A stretch of 64,000 nt of DNA, taken from NCBI GenBank assembly GCA_963699205.1, contig OY969421.1, positions 1,624,427-1,688,426 of the forward strand, given 5' to 3'. The position numbers were made by a program, and so were the translations under genes. Under the pieces are notes generated by a model. The model saw only the letters and a program-made list of their open reading frames with translations. It made no database searches and had not been told where the DNA came from. This DNA comes from Vulcanimicrobiota bacterium (GTDB taxonomy: Bacteria; Vulcanimicrobiota; Vulcanimicrobiia; Vulcanimicrobiales; Vulcanimicrobiaceae). The first letter of the stretch is position 1. The number at the start of each line of letters is the position of its first letter. This document shows, in pieces, positions 47,697-56,039 of this stretch.

Positions 47697-48547
47697 GAGC
47701 GACGGCCTCCGAATACCGAGGTTAGCCGCTCGAGCAGCGTTTGCTTCGCTACCGGAGGCATCGGGACGGGAATCTCTTCGCCGGCGAGTCGAGCCGCGAT
47801 TGCGTGGTAGGCTGCAGCGGTGGGATTATCTTTGCGTAATGCCAGCGGCTCGCCTCGATTAGTGGTGATGATGATTTCGGGTTCATCCGCAATCACGCCC
47901 AGCAGCGGCAAGCGCAGGATCGCATTGACGTCGTCGACTGAGAGCATCTTTCCGCGCTTGACCAACTGCGGACGCAGACGATTCACGATCAGCTGCGGGT
48001 GAAAACGGTTCCCGAGCAGCCCGATCACGCGATCGACGTCCCGCACGGCCGACACTTCAGGCGTGCAAAGCACGATCGCTTCGTCGGCGCCCGCGATCGC
48101 GTTGCGAAATCCGAGCTCGATCCCGGCCGGGCAGTCAATCAACACGAAATCGAATCGCTCTCGCAGCCTGCCGATCAGGCCCTCCATCTGCGCCGTTTGT
48201 ATCTCGTCCTTCTCGCGCGATTGCGCGGCGGCCAGCAACCGAAGGTTCTCACCGTGCTTGCCGGCCACCAAGGCTTCGTCAAGATCCACGCGCTCTTCCA
48301 AGACGTCGAGCACGTGGTATTTCACTCGGCTTTCGAGGCCCAGTACGATATCGAGATTGCGCAGACCGACGTCGGCATCCACCAACACGACGCTCGCGCC
48401 TCGCGCGGCCAGCGCCGTGCCGAGATTGGCGGTGGTGGTCGTTTTGCCGACTCCGCCTTTGCCGGACGTTAGGACGATGGCTCGACCCCGCCGCACGGCC
48501 GCGGCGTTGGCCTCGGCTTCGATCGCAATCGGCTCGATGTCTTGCAC
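47693..48547 (-). CDS. MinD-type ATPase, second tandem paralog
   Basis: Deviant Walker A TSGKGGVGKTTTTANLG, DADVGLRNLD, IDCPAGIE, NRLRPQLVKRGKMLSVDDV, TTNRGEPLAL. C-terminal TLLERLTSVFGG, an amphipathic-looking tail. GTG start 1 nt after the minD stop. Confidence 0.85.
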   Translation of the reverse strand: MQDIEPIAIEAEANAAAVRRGRAIVLTSGKGGVGKTTTTANLGTALAARGASVVLVDADVGLRNLDIVLGLESRVKYHVLDVLEERVDLDEALVAGKHGENLRLLAAAQSREKDEIQTAQMEGLIGRLRERFDFVLIDCPAGIELGFRNAIAGADEAIVLCTPEVSAVRDVDRVIGLLGNRFHPQLIVNRLRPQLVKRGKMLSVDDVNAILRLPLLGVIADEPEIIITTNRGEPLALRKDNPTAAAYHAIAARLAGEEIPVPMPPVAKQTLLERLTSVFGGRRS

Positions 48548-48548
48548 G

Positions 48549-49340
48549 TTACCCCGCTTTCAGCGCTCCAATGAGACGGCCCAAGAGGCCTGGCTGGTCA
48601 AAAGTCGTAAACGGAACTAGTTCGCCTTCCAAGCGCCGCACGATCTTGTCATAAATTACACTGAGCCGGCTCGCGTCCCGCAGGGCAATCGGTTCGCCGC
48701 GATTGGTCGTGTCAATGACGTCTTCATCTTCGGGGACGACTCCCACGAGTTCGATCGCCAGGACGTCACAGACGTCTTCGACGGACAGCATGTCGCCGTT
48801 GCTGACCATTTCGGGCCGCAAGCGGTTGACGATGAGACGAATCGGTTTGCCGGCGGCGGCGATTTTGCCGACGACGCGATCGGCATCACGGATGGAACTG
48901 ACCTCGGGCGTCGTCACGACGATTGCTTCCGCAGCCCCTGCGACGGCGTTCCGAAAACCGGCCTCGATGCCGGCCGGCGAATCGACGATCACGTAATCGG
49001 ATTGTTCCGCCGCCTGATCGACGATCGACGTAAACTGCTCCGGCGTGATCGCGTCTTTTTCGCGCGTTTGAGCCGCCGGTAAGATCGCCAGGGATTCGAA
49101 GCGCTTGTCTTTGATGAGCGCCTGCCGGAGTTGGCAGCGTCCTTCGGCCACTTCGACCAAGTCGAACACGATTCGCTTTTCCAGCCCCAGCACCAAATCG
49201 AGATTGCGTAAGCCGATATCCGCGTCGATGAGTACGACGCGTTTTCCTCGCTTGGCCAAGGTCGCGCCAAGGTTCGCGGTCGTCGTCGTCTTGCCGACGC
49301 CGCCCTTGCCGGACGTCACGACGATTCGCCGAGCGCTCAT
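48549..49340 (-). CDS. minD: Septum site-determining ATPase MinD
   Basis: MSARRIVVTSGKGGVGKTTTTANLG, DADIGLRNLD, VDSPAGIE, NRLRPEMVSNGDMLSVEDV, TTNRGEPIAL. C-terminal GLLGRLIGALKAG membrane-targeting-like helix. Its ATG overlaps the minC stop (ATGA). Confidence 0.9.
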   Translation of the reverse strand: MSARRIVVTSGKGGVGKTTTTANLGATLAKRGKRVVLIDADIGLRNLDLVLGLEKRIVFDLVEVAEGRCQLRQALIKDKRFESLAILPAAQTREKDAITPEQFTSIVDQAAEQSDYVIVDSPAGIEAGFRNAVAGAAEAIVVTTPEVSSIRDADRVVGKIAAAGKPIRLIVNRLRPEMVSNGDMLSVEDVCDVLAIELVGVVPEDEDVIDTTNRGEPIALRDASRLSVIYDKIVRRLEGELVPFTTFDQPGLLGRLIGALKAG

Positions 49341-50197
49341 GACGGCACGTTGGCGGCCACGAGTTCGGCGAGCCGTCGCAGTGGAACGATCCCGATTTTG
49401 CCGTCGCGCACGAACGCGACTTCGGGTGACGTCGCCAATCGGCGCGCCGGTTCCGGCTCCGTCGCGATGCACGTGGCGATACGCAGTTGCGTCGCAAGCA
49501 GTTCAACTGCATAAATGCGCGATTGCAGTTCCCCGCCGGCCCCGGCATGCGCGATGCCGCCAAGCCTTCCGAAAACGACGATATCGCCCGTAGCCACCAA
49601 CTCGGCACCGGGATTGACATCGCCCACGACCACGATGTTTCCGGTATGGTGAAGCACCTGCCCGCCCCGCAGCGTCGCCGCATGATAGAGGGTGGCCGTC
49701 GGCGTTTCGACGAGCCGCAGGCTCGCTTGCCGCGAGTCTTTGCTATCGATGCGTAACCGCGGGACGCTGGCCTCGCCTCGCCGTCGTCGCTGCGCGATGT
49801 CGCCGCGAGCGCCCGCGAAGTCTGCAATGAGCGAGCTCGCCGAGTCGGACAGTTTGATGCGTGCGCGGCTCTCGAACGCCAAGGACGCATCCGTGGCGAG
49901 CTCCTCCAAACCGTCGGCGGCGCCGGCGAGAGCGCTCAGCGTGATTCCGGCCTCGCCCAAGAGCGCCCGCAGCCGCGCCACGCTATCACGCGTGGGACAT
50001 GCATTACCGAAGTTCGCGACGGCGTGACTTCCGTTGTAAAAGCCGGGTTGCTGGGCGAGGCGAGCTTCCAGCTGCACGAAAGCCTGCTCCAAGTCATGCT
50101 CCGGCAACGTGACTTCAAGTCCGTCACGCCTGCCGCGCAAGAGTGTCACGCCGCCCTGTGCGGGAACGCTAAAGAAGAAACCTTGCCCCCTCCCCAC
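49337..50197 (-). CDS. minC: Septum site-determining protein MinC
   Basis: C-terminal beta-helix repeat LRGGQVLHHTGNIVVVGDVNPGAELVATGDIVVFGRLGGIAHAG. Positioned upstream of minD. Confidence 0.8.
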   Translation of the reverse strand: MGRGQGFFFSVPAQGGVTLLRGRRDGLEVTLPEHDLEQAFVQLEARLAQQPGFYNGSHAVANFGNACPTRDSVARLRALLGEAGITLSALAGAADGLEELATDASLAFESRARIKLSDSASSLIADFAGARGDIAQRRRRGEASVPRLRIDSKDSRQASLRLVETPTATLYHAATLRGGQVLHHTGNIVVVGDVNPGAELVATGDIVVFGRLGGIAHAGAGGELQSRIYAVELLATQLRIATCIATEPEPARRLATSPEVAFVRDGKIGIVPLRRLAELVAANVPS

Positions 50198-50289
50198 GAA
50201 ACTCGCAGATTCTTAACGTTGTCCACATATAATACACAGTGGCTTACAATAGACTACAAGGGCCCTTGCAAAAAAGGAAGTCACATCGC

Positions 50290-52353
50290 ATGTTGCGTCG
50301 CACCATTCCACTAGTCGTCGCCGCCTCATTGCTGGCAGGCGCGGTCGTTCCTGCGCCCGTTCGGGCAATGTCCACGCAGGCCGAAATCGCTCTGGGTCAG
50401 GCCGAGGATCAACAAATTGTGGCAAGCAGCGTCATCGAAACGGATCCGCTGCTCAACGCCTACGTCCAAGGCATCACGAGCAATCTTTGGAATCAAGTCG
50501 AGCGCAAGGACGTCCCGTACTCCGTCAAAATCATCAAGGACAGCCAGATCAATTCGTTCGCGACACTTGGCGGGTTCATCTACGTCAACGAGGGACTCAT
50601 CGACTTCGTGCAGTCGGACGACGAACTCGCGAGCGTCCTCGGGCATGAAACCGGACACATCGAGCGGCGTCACGTGCTTACGAACTACTCCAAGGCCGAG
50701 ATCCTCAACATCCTGTTCGGAATCGCCTCTATTTTCTCGCCGCTCATTTATGAGTTTGGCGGACTTGCCGAGGCGGGACTGATGGCGAAAGTTTCGCGCG
50801 AAGATGAGATCCAGGCCGATCGGTACGGCCTGCAACTGATGTCCCGGGCGGGTTACGATCCGGAATCTATGGTGACGATGATGGCGCATCTTGCAGTCTT
50901 GCAAGGCGAGCACAGCGACGCCGTTAGCAAATATCTGGAAGATCATCCCGATCCGAAGGCGCGCGTCGCGCATCTCATGGGGTATCCGGAGCTCGATCCC
51001 AACGACGTGACGCTCCCGCAGCAACTCGTCCAGGCATCGAGCGATGAGGAACGCGCTCGCTACGAGTTTTCACGGCTTCGCCTCGCGCAAGTCCTGAACA
51101 AAGACCCGCAAAACCCCGAAGCGCTGCTGGATCTGGGACAATCTGAGCTAGCTCTCGGACTACCCAGCAAAAGCGAGCAAACGCTTGCCGAAGCCGCTCA
51201 ACTCGGAACGCCCGCCACGCGCGCAGCGGCCAACGCTCGAATTGCCGCGTTGCGTCAGATGGAGATTCAGCGCGTCAATTTAACGAAGCCCGACTTGCCG
51301 AAATTGCAAGCCGCGGTTACGGCAGCCCAGGCATCGCATGCGCTTGGCGCAACCGAAATCGCACAGCGCGCAGCGCAGGGCAAAGACCAACTCAAGGCAG
51401 TCACCAGCCGCCTCGAGACGCTCCAATACGAAGTTCCCGACCTGAGCCGCGTCAACGTTCGCCGCGGCACGCGCGTCGAAGCGATCGTGAAGAACCTCAA
51501 CTCGATAGCCCGGTCCCTCAACAGCGCGATCCAGGATGCGGGAAGCGATTCGGGACCGATCGGCGGCGTCGGATCGCTGGAAAAGAATAAGGAGGGCGGA
51601 CTACTCAAGGAGAGCGCCGACGTCTATCAAGAGATGCTCGCACCCTTCGCGCTGCGCCCCGTTCCGACGCAATCGGTCGCGGTGTTTCCGTCCTACGGGT
51701 CCATGATGAACGAGCTTTCGCTCGCCGACGGCGACATGCTGCGCTCAGTAGATGCCGCTCGCGCCTCGCTGACAATGCTCGATCAAACTTTCGGCGATCT
51801 CGACGAATTTCTAAAAGCACTCGACCACGCATCCTTGAGCTTCAACGGCGATATCAGCGAAAGCGAATACACGACGCTGGCACCGATGATGCGCAAGGTG
51901 GTGGAAGAATTCAGCACCGCTGCAACCGCCTCATCGCAGGGAGCTCAACTGTTCAATCTGGCCCGCTCGCGCATGCTGTCGACGCGCATCACGCTCCTGG
52001 GTCTCGGAACTTCTCCGCAGATGTATTCGACGCTCCGTTACGCTTTGCAGCGACGTTTCGGCATGGACGGCGTCGATTACCGGACGATGCTCCGTGAGGG
52101 CATCACGCCCGGAGACGTTGCGGCGGCGACGATCATAGCCGCGGACATCAAGAGCACGCCCCAGAGCGTCATCGCAGAAGCGAAAAGCTCGGGACAAACG
52201 GTCATCGACGTTGCGAACGACCACAAGATGCACGCGTGGCCGCTCGAAATCTTCTTGGGCCTCGTCTATTTGGATTACACCGACGATCCGACCAAAGAAC
52301 TCCGTCAGGCTGACGGAACGCTGGCGGTCAATCTGAGCCGGCTCGGATTGTAG
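50290..52353 (+). CDS. M48 family metallopeptidase (BepA-like) with a TPR-like segment and a long uncharacterised C-terminal region
   Basis: Signal peptide MLRRTIPLVVAASLLAGAVVPAPVRA. Zinc motif LGHETGHIERRH and downstream EIQADRYG. TPR-like NKDPQNPEALLDLGQSELALG. About 400 further residues have no recognisable motif. Confidence 0.75.
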   Translation: MLRRTIPLVVAASLLAGAVVPAPVRAMSTQAEIALGQAEDQQIVASSVIETDPLLNAYVQGITSNLWNQVERKDVPYSVKIIKDSQINSFATLGGFIYVNEGLIDFVQSDDELASVLGHETGHIERRHVLTNYSKAEILNILFGIASIFSPLIYEFGGLAEAGLMAKVSREDEIQADRYGLQLMSRAGYDPESMVTMMAHLAVLQGEHSDAVSKYLEDHPDPKARVAHLMGYPELDPNDVTLPQQLVQASSDEERARYEFSRLRLAQVLNKDPQNPEALLDLGQSELALGLPSKSEQTLAEAAQLGTPATRAAANARIAALRQMEIQRVNLTKPDLPKLQAAVTAAQASHALGATEIAQRAAQGKDQLKAVTSRLETLQYEVPDLSRVNVRRGTRVEAIVKNLNSIARSLNSAIQDAGSDSGPIGGVGSLEKNKEGGLLKESADVYQEMLAPFALRPVPTQSVAVFPSYGSMMNELSLADGDMLRSVDAARASLTMLDQTFGDLDEFLKALDHASLSFNGDISESEYTTLAPMMRKVVEEFSTAATASSQGAQLFNLARSRMLSTRITLLGLGTSPQMYSTLRYALQRRFGMDGVDYRTMLREGITPGDVAAATIIAADIKSTPQSVIAEAKSSGQTVIDVANDHKMHAWPLEIFLGLVYLDYTDDPTKELRQADGTLAVNLSRLGL

Positions 52354-52367
52354 GCGACTCACAGCCA

Positions 52368-53354
52368 ATGACGACCCGGGCCGACGCTCGAACGCTCTTA
52401 GGTCTCCTCCGTAAAGCAATCGACGTTCGCTCGCTCGGTGCGCACGTCCGGACGCCGTTCCGGTTCTTGCTCTGCGGCGATCCCGCGCTGATCGCCCAGA
52501 TGCGCGGCCTGCTGCTGCGAGGTCACGACCAGCCGGTTCCGCCGGAAGCCTCCGCCTGCCTCGAGACGTTACGGCTCGACGCTCCGCTGCAGACCAACTG
52601 GCAGGAAGTTCGCGCAATCATTTTTCTGGGCCGTAAAGGGGATCTCGCATCCGCCCAGTTGAGCCGTTTGAGCGGGGCCCGGGTGCCGATCTTCGCGCTT
52701 ACCGTCGATCCGCAAGCGCGTCCCAGTGGACCGGCAACCACGCCGTCACGGGGAGAATGGAGCGAGTACGTCGTCCCGGAGATCGCCGCGGTGCCGCTGC
52801 GTCCGACGTTCTTCACCCACCTCGTCGACTCTGCGAAGGGCGCAGAGATCGCCGTTGGACGTCATCTGCCGGTGTTGCGCGAAACCGTCGCCGCCAAACT
52901 GACGCGCGATGCGGCAAACAGCGCGCTGAAGGTAGCCCTCGCGAGCGCCGTCGTCGATCATATACCGATCCTAGGCTTAGCTTTAGGTGCCGTGGCTTCG
53001 GCGGGCGACATGGTTGCGATTACCGGGATTCAAGTGATGCTGATGCTGCATATCGAGGCCGCTTACGGACGCGACCCGGACCTACAGCGAACGTGGCAGT
53101 TGTTGCCGGTTATCGGCGGCGGCTTTGGGTGGCGCACGTTGGCGCGCGAACTCTCCGGATTCATACCCGTCGCCGGTCTCGCCATCAAAGGTGCGATCGC
53201 CTACGCGGGAACCATCGTCGTCGGTGAAGGGGTCACGTTCTTTTTAGAACACGGGCATGCGATGACGCCAAGTCAGGCGACGGCGCTCTACGAGCGCACC
53301 AAGAACGACGCCTTGCGCGTCGGTCGCGAATTCGTCGCCAAACTGCGCAGTTAG
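52368..53354 (+). CDS. DUF697-like protein with a degenerate GTPase-like N-terminal domain (tentative)
   Basis: C-terminal DHIPILGLALGAVASAGDMVAITGIQVMLMLHIEAAYG...GFIPVAGLAIKGAIAYAGT resembles DUF697. The N-terminal region lacks a P-loop. Confidence 0.5.
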   Translation: MTTRADARTLLGLLRKAIDVRSLGAHVRTPFRFLLCGDPALIAQMRGLLLRGHDQPVPPEASACLETLRLDAPLQTNWQEVRAIIFLGRKGDLASAQLSRLSGARVPIFALTVDPQARPSGPATTPSRGEWSEYVVPEIAAVPLRPTFFTHLVDSAKGAEIAVGRHLPVLRETVAAKLTRDAANSALKVALASAVVDHIPILGLALGAVASAGDMVAITGIQVMLMLHIEAAYGRDPDLQRTWQLLPVIGGGFGWRTLARELSGFIPVAGLAIKGAIAYAGTIVVGEGVTFFLEHGHAMTPSQATALYERTKNDALRVGREFVAKLRS

Positions 53355-53983
53355 TGCTCGTCGGCTCACTGGCCGAAATTCGGCGGTATCCGATCAAGAG
53401 CCTATGCGGCGAGCATCTCGATTGCGCGCAGATCGGCCGCGACGGACTCGTGGGAGATCGCACGCGAGCGTTCTTCGTTCGCGCCGGAGGACGGCGCATC
53501 GGGAACACGTACCGCGGTAAAGAAAACGACGAGCTGCATCTCTTGCGGCGGCCGAAAGACGCCCATAATGCGGCGGCTCGGCGGGGCGTCGAAGTCGAAC
53601 TGCGCGACGGCGAACGCTTTTTCGACGCCGCGGCAATTTCGGTCATCGTAGATGGATGGTTGAATGACTTGAGCCGCCACGTCGGATATGCCGTACAGTG
53701 GCAGCGGTTCCGGCCGAATTTCTTCGTCACCGCCGCAAGCGATTTCAACTTGACGGAAAGCGCCTTGATCGGTACGGCTCTGTGCGTTGGAGACGTTCGC
53801 CTCACGGTTCAAGCGCCGATCTCACGCTGCGTCGTGACGACGTACGATCCGCACGGAAACGGAAAAGATCCCGAGGTGTTGCGCTTTATCGCGAATCAAC
53901 GCGACAACATCATGGGCATCTACTGCGACGTCATCTCGGCGGGGCGAGTTCGTATCGGCGACCGAGTGAGCAGCGGTCTCTAG
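53354..53983 (+). CDS. MOSC domain-containing protein
   Basis: LVGSLAEIRRYPIKSLCGEHL (MOSC_N-like), RFRPNFFV, ISRCVVTTYDP (conserved Cys). GTG start. Confidence 0.8.
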   Translation: MLVGSLAEIRRYPIKSLCGEHLDCAQIGRDGLVGDRTRAFFVRAGGRRIGNTYRGKENDELHLLRRPKDAHNAAARRGVEVELRDGERFFDAAAISVIVDGWLNDLSRHVGYAVQWQRFRPNFFVTAASDFNLTESALIGTALCVGDVRLTVQAPISRCVVTTYDPHGNGKDPEVLRFIANQRDNIMGIYCDVISAGRVRIGDRVSSGL

Positions 53984-53986
53984 GGA

Positions 53987-54023
53987 GGCCTGATTTCGTC
54001 GAGCGACTCCGCGAAATCCGGCC
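53987..54023 (+). terminator. Hairpin downstream of the MOSC gene (possible terminator, no U-tract)
   Basis: GGCCTGATTTCG (53987-53998) pairs with CGAAATCCGGCC (54012-54023), with one mismatch and a 13-nt loop. Not followed by a T-run. Confidence 0.3.
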
Positions 54024-54084
54024 TACCTGCACCCACACCCGGAATGGTCCTAGCGTAGCGCACGCAGCGCCGGCGCGCCCTAGA

Positions 54085-54092
54085 TAAAGCGC
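54085..54092. repeat. Target-site duplication, left copy (TAAAGCGC)
   Basis: Identical 8-mer TAAAGCGC immediately outside both inverted repeats (54085-54092 and 57858-57865). Confidence 0.8.
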
Positions 54093-54115
54093 GGGCATTA
54101 TATACTTGGCAAAAC
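54093..54115. repeat. Terminal inverted repeat (distal to the transposase)
   Basis: GGGCATTATATACTTGGCAAAAC. The reverse complement of 57835-57857 is GGGCATTATATACTTGACAAAAC. Confidence 0.85.
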
Positions 54116-54165
54116 GGAATACCTACCGTATAGTGGCCGGGTGACAGGGCGACGAATCTTCAGGC

Positions 54166-54480
54166 ATGGGACCGAAAGGCTTCTGGGTCGCACTTGCAAT
54201 CACCGTGGCGTACCTAATCGCTCGGCCTCATCTTGGCTCTGTCTGGTACGTTGAAGCGTTTGGCTTGACGGCTAGCACTCCTGAACCGCCAACTAATCCG
54301 CATGGGACGGGCTCCCTCCTTGAGGGCCTTCGTCCCCTTGATTCTCCCCCAATGGGGCCACCTGCTGCTGTCTTCCCTGACCGGCAATCTTGTTTTAGCG
54401 CGCTGGCGGCCTATGAACGAACCACGGGCGTTACGGGAGCTTACTGCGCTACCCGAACGGCCCTGCTGTGGGGCTGGTAG
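54166..54480 (+). CDS. Hypothetical small protein (cargo ORF, weak)
   Basis: 104 aa with one N-terminal hydrophobic helix (FWVALAITVAYLIA), then Pro/Gly/Thr-rich. No convincing SD. Confidence 0.3.
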   Translation: MGPKGFWVALAITVAYLIARPHLGSVWYVEAFGLTASTPEPPTNPHGTGSLLEGLRPLDSPPMGPPAAVFPDRQSCFSALAAYERTTGVTGAYCATRTALLWGW

Positions 54481-54504
54481 TTTTGGCGCTTGCCGTCAAC
54501 GGGG

Positions 54505-55533
54505 TTACTCGTATTCCGAGATAGTTGGCGGAGTTTCATTATGGCGCTGCGTTTCTTCGGTTGAAACTTGAGTCTTAAGAGGAAGCTTGGGCTGCGAGAT
54601 CACACCCCGGACTTTCACGATCTCGTAGGAAGGGTTTGATTCGCCATCCTTGGTGCGTCTTACGATAACCCTGGCCTCGACTCGGAGGAAATCCCCGCCG
54701 CGAATAATCTTCTCGCCTCGGTCAACCGATTTTACAAAATCCGCGTCCAACATCGCGGCGCGAATGTGAGCTTTGCCTTCCCAGAACCGCCAAGTTTTTA
54801 AGTCGGGGTCGAACGTGATTTGGCGCACCTGCCATGTCCGCGGCTGTATGTCGTCTGAGAGTACGTCGCCTTCGTCTGGTGTGATCTCGGTGCCCTCGGG
54901 TAGATTGACGGTAAATCCGCTAAGGTCGTCTCGCCTTATCTGGTTCGTTTTTCGCTGACCTTTTTTAAATCGAAGCTCCTCTATGCCGTCGCGCCGCAAC
55001 GGATTTGTAAGCGTTTCAAGGTCGTTCCGAACGTCGGCGCGCTGGTACATTTCCCAGGCTCCAGAGTCAACAAAAAGCGTGGCGTTGTTGTAGACCACCC
55101 TGGTTGCCGCCTCGTCTTTTTCAATCAGTGACGGCTTCCCGTGTCCGATACGCTTGGCGATTCCAATAAGCCCGAGCACGCCTAAGCCGCCCCCGATTTT
55201 TATAACGTCGTCGCCAAGAACGCCGAGGGTATCCAAAATACTCTTGAGGTCCTTAATTTGCGTCGTGCCTAAGAGAGACCTGATTTGCTCGATAGTATTC
55301 TGGATAAGGTGAATGTCAATTCCGAATGAGCCGCGTTTAAGATCGGCGCGCACCCGAACAGAAACTGCCGCCCGCTCACCGTTAAGCGTTTGGTTCGCCT
55401 CTGTGCAAAGACGGCTGAAGGCCAGCAGGGAAGGAGCGAGGTCCGTTATATCCATCTCGCCATTCTCAACCGCTATGCCATTAAATTCGAGGGTGAACTC
55501 CTCGGAACTAGACATCTGCCACGGCGCTTTCAT
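54505..55533 (-). CDS. Hypothetical protein, no recognisable family (largest cargo ORF)
   Basis: 342-aa ORF with balanced, non-Arg-rich composition. Central Gly/hydrophobic stretch VIKIGGGLGVLGLIGIAKRI. Beta-rich C-terminal half. Alternative start at Met7 (55515). Confidence 0.65.
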   Translation of the reverse strand: MKAPWQMSSSEEFTLEFNGIAVENGEMDITDLAPSLLAFSRLCTEANQTLNGERAAVSVRVRADLKRGSFGIDIHLIQNTIEQIRSLLGTTQIKDLKSILDTLGVLGDDVIKIGGGLGVLGLIGIAKRIGHGKPSLIEKDEAATRVVYNNATLFVDSGAWEMYQRADVRNDLETLTNPLRRDGIEELRFKKGQRKTNQIRRDDLSGFTVNLPEGTEITPDEGDVLSDDIQPRTWQVRQITFDPDLKTWRFWEGKAHIRAAMLDADFVKSVDRGEKIIRGGDFLRVEARVIVRRTKDGESNPSYEIVKVRGVISQPKLPLKTQVSTEETQRHNETPPTISEYE

Positions 55534-55552
55534 CCTTGGATACCCCTAACCC

Positions 55553-55738
55553 ATGGGACATGGTAAAATAGCTGCGATGGGCACGAAGATTCGAACGGCC
55601 GAGGAGGTTGAGGCCCCCGAAACCGCTTTTGAGCGGTTCAAGAAGGTGGTCATCGCGCTAGCGGTGACACCGAAGAACGGCAAGCCTGTATCCACGACGA
55701 AACGCCGGAAGAAGCCTAGCTCGGCTCGGGGCCGATAG
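55553..55738 (+). CDS. Hypothetical 61-aa protein (cargo ORF, weak)
   Basis: MGHGKIAAMGTKIRTAEEVEAPETAFERFKKVVIALAVTPKNGKPVSTTKRRKKPSSARGR. No SD. Its 3' end overlaps the convergent 60-aa ORF by 23 nt. Confidence 0.25.
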   Translation: MGHGKIAAMGTKIRTAEEVEAPETAFERFKKVVIALAVTPKNGKPVSTTKRRKKPSSARGR

Positions 55739-55898
55739 CCCCCTTTTCGGGGCGCTCCATTATTTCGCGGTGCTTGCGCTCCGCTTCCCAATAGGCTTCG
55801 ATAGCGGCTTCTTTCGTTGGGCCATGAACGGCCCATCCGTCGCCGTGGGCCGCCCACCCGTACTTAATCGGAGTAACGATCGGGTATTGCTGCTGCAT
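55716..55898 (-). CDS. Hypothetical 60-aa protein, HicB/UPF0150-like feel (cargo ORF)
   Basis: MQQQYPIVTPIKYGWAAHGDGWAVHGPTKEAAIEAYWEAERKHREIMERP... The ATG at 55898 is preceded by AAGGGG. Confidence 0.4.
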   Translation of the reverse strand: MQQQYPIVTPIKYGWAAHGDGWAVHGPTKEAAIEAYWEAERKHREIMERPEKGAIGPEPS

Positions 55899-55976
55899 AC
55901 CCCTTAACGATAGCCAAAGCACAAGGGCGCATAAAATACAGTATCAGAATAGAAGTGCTCGGACTCCCGCTAGCCC

Positions 55977-56005
55977 TTGACTTTTGTTTTGGTATTCCGT
56001 AGGAT
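55977..56005 (+). promoter_or_regulatory. Sigma-70-like promoter for the 56040-56687 cargo gene
   Basis: TTGACT (55977-55982), 17-nt spacer, TAGGAT (56000-56005). Lies 35 nt upstream of the ATG at 56040. Confidence 0.4.
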
Positions 56006-56039
56006 ATGTTCCGTGTTAGAACCGCTCGAACAAGATTTT

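Noticed and set aside
50214-50250. DnaA-box-like TTGTCCACA next to TATAAT and TACAAT hexamers in the minC/M48 divergent intergenic region; a possible origin or promoter.
   Set aside because: There is a single imperfect box, no AT-rich unwinding element, and no dnaA or dnaN nearby. The -35/-10 spacings I could build are non-optimal, so no promoter call is made.
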